Shown: positions 25,971 through 37,771 of the stretch, in pieces
How positions within the stretch are numbered: the stretch's first letter is position 1
Layout of the letters: each line of letters opens with the position of its first letter
Assembly (NCBI RefSeq): GCF_006345805.1
Contig: NC_043010.1
Location: 2,294,001-2,358,000 of the forward strand
Direction: 5' to 3'
Length of the DNA: 64,000 bases
Origin: Octopus sinensis
Taxonomy: Eukaryota
Position numbers and translations under genes: made by a program
Notes under the pieces: model-generated
Database searches by the model: none
Told to the model about the DNA's origin: nothing
Seen by the model: the letters and a program-made list of their open reading frames with translations, nothing else

Positions 25971-27008
25971 TGTAGCATATCAAAATCTATATATATATGC
26001 ATGTATGTGTATATTTTTCAATATCGATATACCGTGAAATATCAAAGGAAATACTCATTTGGAATGGCTACTTGACTTCACCGGAATCAATGAATGTAAT
26101 CAATGCACAATATTCTTCAATTCCAAGACTGGAAACAATCTCAGCAGCTTAATGCCATTAGAGTGAAGTGTACTTTTACACCTACTAAAGCACCGCCACC
26201 ATCATCATCATCACAACCACAATTAACACTTGTCAGCCCCACTTCACATAGCAACCCCCACCACTTCACTGTGCCATCACCGCCACCATCATCACAATTA
26301 CAACTATTATAATGACTATCACCACCACTACCACCATTACCACCACTATGACCACCGTCACCAATTCCACCGCTACTACCATCACCACCTCTGTCACATA
26401 GCAGTCACCTACACCATCACCGTCGTGATTACCACTTCTATGATTACGACCAACACTGCTCCATCATCATCATCATCATCATCACCATTATCATCATTTA
26501 ATGTCCATTTTCCATGCTGTCATGGGTTGGACTGTCACAACAAAAAACACCCCTCCTATACTACACTATCACTATCTCCTCAACTCCACACCACAACCTA
26601 CTAGTGCAACAACAATCACTAAAACTAATTCTACCACATCTACTATTCTATACCACAACTGTCACCACTGTCCCATGCTAGCACCACCACACTCACTAAA
26701 ACCCACTACTAACACATCATTACTCACACACCACAGCCTATAACAGTCTCTGCAATCCCTTTTGATGTGAAAATCCCCCCCTCTGTATTCCTGCTACACT
26801 CAGCACGCATGCATAATCACACATAAGCACATTCAACCACATGTACACATGCACACACACATACTGAATTAACAAACACATGCACACCATCACACAACAC
26901 ACATATACAGGTATACATGCACATGCATACAAGTACACATGGATACACATGCACAGACTCATGCATAACAACACACAAATATACATAGATATATGCACAT
27001 ATTTATAC

Positions 27009-27045
<37 letters not shown>

Positions 27046-27439
27046 CACACACACGCACACACATAGATACACACAAACACACAGACACACACTTAAAAGA
27101 ACGTTCACACAAACCTGCATTCACACATAGTTACTATGATGCATGTTTGGATGTTAATGGAATTGCCTCACATTTCAACACCTGTCTTTTATTGTGTCAC
27201 CTCTGTCCTCCTCGATACAACTACCAACAGCTTCACCACTAACAACAGCAACAACAACAACAACATTGTCAACTAGGTTTGAATGAGGTTTGGATGCTGA
27301 TGATTGGAACAGCTGACTGGACATCCAACCTGTTTTGGCAATGGTACATTTTGGTGCTAGAGGGAAATACACACACTCATGTATGCACATACAGAAATTA
27401 TACATAAGGATAGAGGGTGAAAGGTGAGAGAAGAGCATC

Positions 27440-27850
27440 ACAATTCATTCGTGATCAGGACCAGAGCCAGTGACATGTAAAAAAAGCACCCATGAAGGTG
27501 GCATGGGAAAGGTCCCAGTGCCAGTGACACATAAAAGGCACCTGTGCCAGTGACACATAAAAGGCACCTGTGCCAGTGACACATAAAAGGAAGCCATGCT
27601 AGTGATATGTAAAAGGAAGCCAGTAACACATAAAAGGGCACACAGGCCAGTGACACATAAAAGGTACTTGTGCCAGTGACATGTAGAAGGTACCCATGCC
27701 AGTGACATGTAAGGGGACCCCCAGACTGGTGACCTGCAAATGGCACCCTTGCTAGTGACACATAACAGACACCTAGTATACTCTGTAATGTGGTTGGCAT
27801 TAGGAAGGGCATCCAGCAGTAGAAACCAAGCCAAAACAGATGACTCAAGC
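27440..27850 (+). mobile_element. RTE 3'-UTR-type repeat with ~25-bp internal subrepeat array
   Basis: About 10 units of GCCAGTGACACATAAAAGGCACCTGT followed by the shared GGTTGGCATTAGGAAGGGCATCCAGC end. Confidence 0.7.
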
Positions 27851-29039
27851 CATTAACATCAATTCCACCATCTCCACCACCACCAACATTATCATTTTTA
27901 TGTTTCAAAATTTGGTGATCATTGGCAAGACAGACCATATAAGTCCTTCACTGAATTCACAGTCTTCTTTTACCACACAAAAATATTGAGAGCCTACTTT
28001 GGTCAAGTTTTACAGTACCTCTGCACATCTGTTCATGAAGGTTGCTGCAAGATTTTTTCTTTTCTTTTCTTTTGAGAAAGCCTGGCAGTTGCCCATGTGT
28101 GCAAGCCACTTTTCTCCAAGTTACCAATGTTTATCCAAGGAAAAGGCTGCCAACTTTGGCCATTGCAGTTTAGCACCAAAGTTGTCACAGGCATTGCTGT
28201 CAGAATGCAAAGAACTGAAACAGAAACCTCAATGTATCACATTTGACTCTCTAACACCGCCATTAATCCACCATTCTAGGCTGGTGCATTTTTATCTTTA
28301 ATTTTTATCAACTCAGAAAGGATGAAGGGCAATATATATACTTTAGCAGTATTTGAGCTCAGAGTACAGGGTTCAAATTGATGTCACAATCTACTCGACA
28401 CCCAAGCAACCCTTCCAATTCGTTGCTGCAAAAAATTCTGAAGTAAGATTTGATGTGGCAGAGGCTGAATCAAACAGCACGGGTATAGTATTAACCCTAC
28501 CACAGCAGGTTCCTGCTATAACAGTAGTAGTCTAAGTCTATTCTCGACCATATTCCCATTAAAGCGGTTATGAACAACACACATAGCAAAAGAAGAGGAA
28601 ATACTAAAATTATACAAAGGATCAGGTTGCACCTTTGTAGTCAAGTACGATTATGACTCACTGTTAATGGGGTCCCTCATAGCTTTTCTTTATTTTGTTT
28701 TTAATTAAAAAAAAATGAATTTTTGGTAATGAGATGAATATGATGAACCTAGCACTTTGTGAGGTAAATGAGAAGGGCCAAAACTCCCTACAGTTGAGGA
28801 AATCATTGGTAAACTCTTCATCTAAAGGGTTTACCCTTATGCAGATAATGTGAGCAATTTGGACAACCAAATTGGTGAAAATGGTGAGGAAAATAGCAAT
28901 TCAGGTGAACAAATATAATAGTTGAGAGATAATCCTATTATTTTTATTCTCTTGATTTTTTTGTTTGTTTTTAGGAATCTGCCCATTAGCTTTCCTGCAG
29001 TGAACAAATGCAGTGGTTGAGAGACAGACCTATTACTGT

Positions 29040-29450
29040 TATTACTCTTTTACTTGTTTCAGTCATTTGACTGTGGCCATGCTGGAGCACAGCTTTTAGT
29101 CAAGCAAATCGACCCCAGGACTTATTCTTTGTAAGCCTAGTACTTATTCTATCGGTCTCTTTTGCCAAACTGCTAAGCTACGGGGACGTAAACACACCAA
29201 CATCGGTTGTCAAGCAATGTTGGGGGGACAAACACAGATACACAAACACACACACACACACATACATATATATATATACACATATATACGATGGGCTTCT
29301 TTCAGTTTCCGTCTACCAAATCCACTCACAAGGCTTTGGCCGGCCCGAGGCTATAGTAGAAGACACTTGCGCAAGGTGCCACACAGTGGGACTGAACCCG
29401 GAACCATGTGGTTCGTAAGCATGCTACTTACCACACAGCCACTCCTACAT
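29040..29450 (-). mobile_element. Family A SINE, well-preserved copy
   Basis: Reverse complement of the 12374-12750 family along its full length. Confidence 0.85.
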
Positions 29451-30624
29451 CTATTCTGAGCATTTTTTTTTTTTGTGTGTGTGATTTTCTCTATTAGCTG
29501 GCCTGTAATCATTACTCTTGAGCTGTGTATGCAACTATATATTTTTTTGCTCAAGAGCATAGATGAAGGGTAAAGTTAGACAAAAGGGTCCAGGTTTGAA
29601 AAGGTGAAGCATCACTCCTTGAGGCATTTGGACTCTGTTGTAATTAACTAATAAGGAGATCAACCTTCCCCAAAATAATTGATACAAGCATGTGCACCAT
29701 TGTGTCACATGTTTGGTGTAAAGTTCACCAGTGACTTAAAAGGTTAATCATTGGTTTACTGCTTCAGGAATATTGCCAGAGTACAAGTGGAGAAAGTATA
29801 AATCAAAATGTTTTTTTGTCAACAACACATTTAGGTTGAGGAAATAGACCAGGAAACAGATAATCTTCAAAATCTGTGACAGGAAAATGAACTGAAATCC
29901 AACCTATGATATTTTGCAGCATCTAGCACTGTTATTTTCTGTATAGTTGTTTAGTTATTGAAGTTAACTTCACAAACATATGGTTTCAGGTTCAGATCCA
30001 TTGCATGACAGCTTGTGCAGGTGTCTTCTGCTACAGCACTTGGGAATTTGGTGAACTGAAAGCATAGAAGCCCACAAAACATGCACACACATGTCTATAT
30101 ATATTTATGTATATATACATAAACGTGTGTGTGTGTGTGTGCATCGTTGAGATTGCATTTGTTCCCTCACTGCTTGACAACCAGGGTTGGTTTGGTTACA
30201 CCCCCATAACTCACCAGTTCAGCTAAAAGACACTGGTGGAATAAGTACCTTATTTAAAATAAAAGCATGGAGCTTGGTTAGTTAAACTAAACCCATAAAG
30301 GTTAAGTGCCCCACAATCTAAAGAATTAAAGAAGAAAAAGAAGAAAAGAATATGCTTGCTAATACTCTACCACCTCTCCTTCACAGCCATATGCTCTACT
30401 CTTTTCTTCTTTGTCTTCTTCTTTCTCCCTTTCCCCCTCACTCACTATCTCTCACTTTATCCTTCTCCTACCAGCACTGTAATATCTTCAGCTCTGAACT
30501 CATTTTAACCCAGGTTAACCCTGTCAAAATATAAATAGGGATAACAAACATACAGAAGCATCTAGTTAACCTTATTGCATTAAATAAACCAAATACAACT
30601 GTCCTCAAATGAGAACAGTGGGTT

Positions 30625-30862
30625 AATATCTATTTCTTTACTACCCACAAGGGGCTAAACACAGAGAGGACAAACAATGACAGACATAGGTATTAAGTCG
30701 ATTACAACGACCCCAGTGCGTAACTGGTACTTTATTTATCGACCCTGAAAGGATGAAAGGCAAAGTCGACCTCGGCGGAATTTGAACTCAAAACGTAACG
30801 GCAGACGAAATACCGCTAAGCATTTCGCCCTGCGTGCTAATGTTTCTGCCAGCTCGCCGCCT
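30625..30862 (-). mobile_element. Family B SINE, well-preserved copy
   Basis: Reverse complement starts GGCGGCGAGCTGGCAGAAACATTAGCACG; CpGs retained. Confidence 0.8.
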
Positions 30863-30899
30863 TAATAGTGGGTTAATATCGGTTAATATCTCACTGATC

Positions 30900-31135
30900 T
30901 TGTGCCACCTCTATTCTGAAACACTCAACTCATTCATCTCTTCTCCTCACGTTTCCCTTAGTATGACTACTCCACTTGGTACTTGCACTAAACATTATTA
31001 CCAGTCCTTCTCAAGAACAAGAATTTTTTGGAATTTTCATCCTGCTAATATTTTTCTTGCAGCTATAAACTTACAACTATTCCAAAGAAACATAAGCCAT
31101 GTCAATCTTACCCATGCCAGAGAGCCCCTGTAATA
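30900..31135 (+). mobile_element. CR1-group LINE 3' end (decayed)
   Basis: CTKHYYQSFSRTRIFWNFHPANIFLAAINLQLFQRNI resembles the RT..Y..SFFPRT...WN.LP..VFP..YNL..FK C-terminus. Confidence 0.65.
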
Positions 31136-31929
31136 ATAAATGGAATGATCCATCCTCCCTTCTTCCAAAAACTGCAACGAAATACATAAAGTGGAACTTA
31201 AATCAGAACTTATTTATAAATCATTTTTAATGATGGAACTTGAAATAGATAAAGGTATTAAATAATAGTCTGTAAATAATTGGTTAAAAGTCCTTTAGAT
31301 TTAAAATGTCAAAGGCTGTCTGTTGGATGCAAATCAGCATCTTCTGTAGATATGAAATGTTCTACCGTTTAATCAGAAGTTCAATACTCTATCAACATTG
31401 CTATTTGGCTATCATCAATTATACTTAAGGCAGCATTTTGTCCATCTTCATGTTCTGAGTTCTAATTCTGTTGAGGTCAACTGTGCTTTTCATTCTTATG
31501 GGATCAATAAAATAAGAACCAGTTGAGTACTGGGGTCAATGTAATAGACTTCACCCTCCTCCTCCTCCCACCACCACCACCACAACCATCAAAGCCCAGG
31601 CCTTGTGCCTATAGTAGAAAGGATCATTAATTATACTTTTATGTAAAGAGGTTTCAGTCATTTGACTGTGACATTGCTGAAACACTGCATCAAAGAATTT
31701 TAAATAAATTGTGACTATCTTCGTAATTTTGGGACTCAGTTTTTACCCCCTTTTTGTTTTTGTCCAAAGTTCAAAATCCCTTTACAAAATAAACAGCAAT
31801 CAAGTTTTGACATTAAAATATACCACACGTTCTCAACCATGGGTATCTGCACCCCTTGGGCTGCAAATGGCATTTCTGTAAGAGTGGAAAAGAAGGGAAA
31901 ATACCACCACCACCAGCACCACCATCATT

Positions 31930-32760
31930 TAATGTCTGTTTTCCAGGCTAGCATTGGTTGGACAGTTTAGCTGAAAACTGGTAAGCTGGAGAGCTGCACC
32001 AAGTTTGAGTCTGATCTAGCAAGGTTTCTATGGCTGGGTACCCTTCCTAATGCTAACCACTCCAAGAATGTAGTGGGTGCCTTTTACATGCCACCAGCAT
32101 GGTTGCCAGTTATGCAACACTGGCATCAGCCATGACTATGATATCACTTGGCTTGACAGGTCTTCTCAAGTACAAATGTTCCTTCTCGAGCCATGCCAGG
32201 CTCATAAGGGCCAGTTTCCCGGTTTCAGTGGTGTAGAAATTCCCCACCTGGACGGGACGCCAGTCCATCGCAGGATTACTCATTTTTGCCAGCTGAGTGG
32301 ACTGGAGCATTGTGAAAATGAAGTGTTTTGCTCAAGAGCATAACGCATCGCCCGGTCCAGGAATCGAAACCACAATCTTATGATCATGACTTCAACACCC
32401 TAACCACTAAGCCATGCGCCTCCGCTTCTCAAGTCAGTATATTACCAAAGGTCTCAGTCACTTGTCACTTCCTCCATGAGGCTCAACATTTGAAAGGTGG
32501 CTTTTTACATTTCACTGGCACAGGTGTTTGTTATGTAACACTGGTATTGGCCACAACTACGATTTCCCTTGGCTTGCTATTTAATGCTCATTTTCCATGC
32601 TGGCATGGATTGGATGGTTTGACTTAGTGGACTGCATCAAGTTCCATTGTTTGCTTTAGCATACTTTCTAAAGCTGGATGACCTTCTGACCACTTAACAG
32701 AGTTACATGGGTGCTTTTACATGGCACCAGCACCAGTGAGGTTACCAATAAACTTGCAAA
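31930..32760 (-). mobile_element. RTE 3'-UTR-type repeats, the first interrupted by a SINE
   Basis: CATCATTTAATGTC...GGATG(A)CCTTCCT motif at ~31925 and ~32580. Confidence 0.6.
32177..32423 (-). mobile_element. tRNA-headed SINE sharing head and 3' domain with 3658-3961
   Basis: Reverse complement has A/B boxes and the tail CCTGCGATGGACTGGCGTCCCGTCCAGGTGGGG...GGCTCGAGAAGGAACA; CTTCTCAAGT on both flanks (probable decayed TSD). Confidence 0.85.
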
Positions 32761-32837
32761 ACAAGACCTTTCAGCTGAAGGGTGTAGTACTTTACTAAAA
32801 TTGTTTTTCAGAATAAAATTATTAAGTTATAGATATT

Positions 32838-33280
32838 TCATTATTTCTAATTCTCTCTAAAGGAGACTACGGCAGTGGTACTGGATATTAATAGTTATTG
32901 CCAAGCTATTAATATCCAGTACCACTGCCGTAGTCTCCTTTAGAGAGAATTAGAAATAATGATATTTCCATTTTTGAAAACCAGTGGATGTATTCCACTG
33001 AATTTAGGTAAATAATCCTTCGAACAGTCGGTCAGTAGCGATGCCTGCTGGGTTCAGCTACTCCACATTGATAAGAGGCAAACACCTTGGAACTAGTCTG
33101 TAGATGTCAGACCAGCAAGGGGAAGCTGCTGACCTCCCCTGTTCGAAGATTATAATGGACACAGGCTTGTGTGTCACATAGCTAGCTAGAGGCGATGGCC
33201 TCTTGGAGCTAATCATCGACAGCATTCGTCCTATTTTTCTGGACTGCCATGTCAGCTTGGCGATAACTATTAATATTATT
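32838..33280. mobile_element. Unclassified repeat with a 57-bp-arm palindrome at its left end
   Basis: 32838-32894 is the perfect reverse complement of 32906-32962 (11-nt loop); CTATTAAT recurs at 32906 and 33267; internal hairpins present. Confidence 0.7.
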
Positions 33281-33499
33281 AAGTTACTCTTACGAATAAT
33301 CTTATGAACATAACAAGAACTTTATTCTACAAATGTAGATTTTACCCCAAACAGATTACGACTAAGAGTTGTATCCTTAATCCATTTGTAATGACATACT
33401 TTTGTGAATCTGGATTTGATTATCTTTTGTTAGTCAAGACAAAATATAGAAATTTCCTGAAGCAGAAGCATGGATCACAATCAGCAAAAAACGTTTCTT

Positions 33500-33830
33500 T
33501 ATTCGATAAAGTCATGATTGAGAAACAGGAACAAAGACATTATTGAATTTATGTTCACAATTATGATTGATTTCACTGTTTACAACTTTTTCTGTTTTCT
33601 AATTGCTCACTTTGCATTTGCATTTTATTCACTGATTCAAAAGCTTAGTTTTTTTTCACTTCAGTTTGTTCACTACATTATTGTATATGATTCAGTGAAA
33701 AAAAATTTGGTTATTAGAAAATTGATTTTCTCATCTTCATCTTGTGATATTACTTTCATGGGGTGTGCAAAAATTAATCAAACTTTTCCTAGGGTTGTGA
33801 CACACTGAAAAGATTGGAAACCCTTAATAT
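33500..33830 (+). mobile_element. Possible hAT (Charlie-like) element right end
   Basis: Ends GGGTTGTGACACACTGAAAAGATTGGAAACCCTT, resembling the AAAAAGGTTGGGAACCACTG hAT terminus. Confidence 0.35.
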
Positions 33831-33979
33831 AACTGATTATATTCATTCTTCAAAATTTGTATCTTTCTGCACATACTCAAGACAATAAGAACTTATACCA
33901 ATAGGTATTTGTATGGATCCAACACACACAGATATATACATACACACTTTCAAAAACACATGCATACAGACAGACAGAT

Positions 33980-34013
<34 letters not shown>

Positions 34014-34014
34014 T

Positions 34015-34240
34015 TACTCTCTTTTACTCTTTTACTTGTTTCAGTCATTTGACTGTGGCCATGCTGGAGCACCGCCTTTGGTCTAGCAAATCGACCCCAG
34101 GATTTATTCTTTGTAAGCCTAGTACTTATTCTATCGGTCTCTTTTGCTGAACCGCTAGATTACGGGAACATAAACACACCAGCATTGGTTGTCAAGAGAT
34201 GTTGGTGGGGGACAAACACAGACACACAAACATACATATA
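34015..34240 (-). mobile_element. Family A SINE 3' half
   Basis: TACTCTTTTACTTGTTTCAGTCATTTGACTGTGGCCATGCTGGAGCACC match to the family. Confidence 0.8.
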
Positions 34241-35230
34241 TATATACATATATATACTTCATGCATGTATTTCTTGATTTAAGCAAAACAAAAAAAACGT
34301 ATTAAAAAAAAAAGGGAGAAATAGTTTGAAATTACGGATGGAATGTTCAGCAGGCCAAGGTGCTTCCTCGTGTCTGTACAACAAAATATTGTCTTTCAGG
34401 AATCTTTGCAATGGATGTAAATCATTTACTTGTTTCAGTCATTGGACTGCAACCCTGCTGGGCCACCATCTTGAAGAATTTTAGTCAGTACTTATTGTTT
34501 TTATAATCCTCTTTCTTATGCTATTATTCTCTTTTGCCAAACCACAAAGTTATGGGGACATAAACACACCAACACCAGTTATCAAGCAGTAGTGAAGGAA
34601 CAGACACAAAACACATACACACACACATAATGGGCTAATTTTAGTTTCCATCTGCCAAATCCACCCACAAGGCTTTGCCCCAGGTGCCACACAGTGGGAC
34701 TGAATCTAGAACCACATGGTGGGGAAGCAAGCTTTTTTTACAATATAGCCACATGAATAATAATGATTATTACATACATTTGAGTCAAATACGTTGTAAA
34801 TACACACCTTATGAATAAATTAAACCTGGTGTCCTTTGAAAACCTTTAGAAACTATATGTAACTTGTTTGTAAGATTTTGTACTCATGTGTAAGTACGCT
34901 TGCATTTTGGTAGTTTTGAGTACATACACATGTACAACATTTAAGAAATTTATTGTAGAAAATAACAATGTAGAATAATGAGGGGAATCCTTGATTAATC
35001 AAACCAATACAGTACTTGAAAAGTGATGAATATTATTTTCTTATTTTCCTGTTATTCTGACATTTTTAGTCAGATCCTCATACTCTCATTAACAACTCTC
35101 ATCATGCACATTTTTCAATTATAGCTCCAATTGGAAAAACTGAATATTCATAGATGCAAACCAAAATGTAATCATCACAAAGTTTAGTAAAACACCTGCT
35201 GTCATTAGTAATAGCTCAGGTATTCTAATA

Positions 35231-36069
35231 CACAAGGTCTGATATATAAGTATCCAGACTGTTGCCATAGTAATGAAGCTACAGCACAAAGAGTAAAGCC
35301 ACTTGACAAAGATTGACCTTGAACTCTGCTGTGCAAGCACACTAGCTCTCTTCCACTGTTTACAGCAATACTTGGAAGGAAAGTGTGTAGCATGTGAAGT
35401 GTCGCATTGGCCATGACAAAGAAATTTGTTGTGGTGACACCTGCTCAGAGGCTTACACAAAGTTGCAGAAAGTGTATGGAGAGGAGTGTATGAGATGCAC
35501 ATAAATGTACAAGTAGTTCAGACGTTTCCAAGATGGTCGAAAAAATGTTGCTATTGACGAACATTCTGAGAGAACTGCAACCAGAAGAACTGAGAAAAGC
35601 ATTGCAGATGTGCATGCAGCAATGGGGGATGAATCATCGAATAGCCATCAGAGGATGTGCAGTTTAGTTCCAACTCAGTTCAGTCCATTATCACTGAAGA
35701 TTTGGGCATGAGATGTGTATCTGCCGAGTTTGTGCCAAATCTGCTTTCAGTTGATCAAAAAGACACTCAGGGCGTCAACTGCACAAGATCTGCACAAGAT
35801 CTCGTTGGTTGTCGAGAACAATGAAAACTGGTATCACCAAGGATTCTAAACAGGTATCACCAAGCTTTTGGCAAAATTTAATGCAGATTCTCTGCTCGAC
35901 TTTCTCTGTCATGGTCAATGCGACGATCACACGCTACACACCTTCCTTCCAAGAACTGCTGTAAACAGCAGAAATGAACCAGAACGTTAAAACTTAGTGC
36001 ACATGCACAGCAGAGTTCAAGGTCAATCTGTACCAAATGGCTTCACTCTGTGTGCTTTAGATTCATTAT
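35231..36069 (+). mobile_element. Internally deleted mariner element with long (~190-bp) inverted ends
   Basis: SEAYTKLQKVYGEECM...FRRFQDGRKNV and VQSIITEDLGMRCVSAEFVPNLLSVDQK (mariner HTH region); 35270-35420 is mirrored at 35900-36069. Confidence 0.85.
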
Positions 36070-36088
36070 GTATACACACACATACATT

Positions 36089-36138
<50 letters not shown>

Positions 36139-36149
36139 AAGGATGTAGC

Positions 36150-36805
36150 CAGCCCACTTATGCACACCTTTCTTTCTTTGGACACAAAACTCTGCTTGCG
36201 AAGACCTGTTGAGGCAAGTGAAATCGAAATTGAATTCGAAATTGAACCAAATTCGACGGCTGGCACCCATGGCAACCTCTCTTCATCGGACACAAAACTC
36301 TGCTTGTGAAGACCTGTTGGGGCAAGTGAAATAGAAATTGAATGAAATTCGATGACTGGCACCTATGCCAGTGGAGCGCTGACAGCTCCATCCAAGTAGG
36401 ATCACTGCCAGAGCGGCTGTCTGGCTTCTGTGCCGGTGGCACACAAAAACACCATTTGAGTATGATCGTTACCAGCATTGCCTTACTGTCACGTGAACAA
36501 AACATTTGAGCGAGGTCGTTGCCAGTGCCGCTAGACTGACTCCTGTGCAGGTGGCACATAAAAAACACCATTTCGACTGTGGCTGTTTCCAGTACCGCCA
36601 GACTGGCCCTCGTTCCAGTGGCACGTAAGAGCACCCACTACACTCTCAGAGTGGTTGGCATTAGGAAGGGCATTAAGCTGTAGAAACTCTGCCAGATCAG
36701 ATTGGAGCCTGGCGCAGCCATCTGGTTTTGCCAGTCCTCAGTCAAATCATCCAACCCATGCTAGCATGGAAAGCGGACATTAAACGATGATGATGATGAT
36801 GATGA
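36150..36805 (+). mobile_element. RTE 3'-UTR-type repeat with (GAT)n tail
   Basis: Same family as the UTR attached to the RTE ORF end at 55545-56420. Confidence 0.8.
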
Positions 36806-37289
36806 TATATACATGCACACACATATACATGCACACACATATACATGCACACACATATACATGCACACAAATAAATAGTACCGTACATAAATATACATGC
36901 TAACACAATAATATATACACACATCAACACAGTGAATTCTTGCTTTCACACACACATACACATACTTAAAAGAACACACAAACGCACAAGCACACACATA
37001 TACCAGAATACACACACACAAACATAGACTAATGGAAGTCTGTCAAAAGTATTGGAGGACTATCTTAAATAACTACAATGATTAAATAATCAGAACATTA
37101 TGGCTGTATAATGATGTTAAGTGACACAGCAGCTCAATGCTGGTGGTGGTGGCAGCGGGGGAATAAGAGCAGTGCTAGTGGGTGTGAAGGTGGTGGTGGT
37201 GGTGCTGGCAGTGATTGCTGTGATGTCAATGGTGGTGGTGGTGGTGATAGTGGTTGTGGTGGTGGGTGTTGATGACTGTGGTGATGATG

Positions 37290-37321
<32 letters not shown>

Positions 37322-37401
37322 ATCAGTGATGGTGGGTGTGAAGGTGGTGCTGGCAGTGATGTCAATGGTGGTGGTAGGTGTTGATGACTGTGGTGATGTT
37401 G

Positions 37402-37433
<32 letters not shown>

Positions 37434-37771
37434 GGTATCAGTGATGGTGGGGATGGAACGGATCCTGCTGTGATAGTGTACTGCTGATGATGATGATGGG
37501 GAGAGTGGTAGAAGTGAAGTAGATGATGGTGGAGACAGGGGTGGGGGTGATGGTAGTGGCAGTGGTGGTGGTGGTACTGGTAATGGTAGTTGTGGCAGTG
37601 GTACTACTAGTGATGGTGATATTGATAATGGCAGTGGTGGTTTTGGTGGTAGTAGTGGTGGTGGTGGCAGTGTGTTTTGCTGACGGTGGTAATGATGGTG
37701 GGGGTGGTATTGATGGTGCTGATGGTAACATGTGAGTGGTGTCAATGGTGGTGATTGGGGAGTATAGAAGT

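Noticed and set aside
28353-28920. Short ORFs or exons in unique-looking sequence
   Set aside because: The start overlaps a SINE remnant, other frames are stop-ridden, and no peptide is recognisable.
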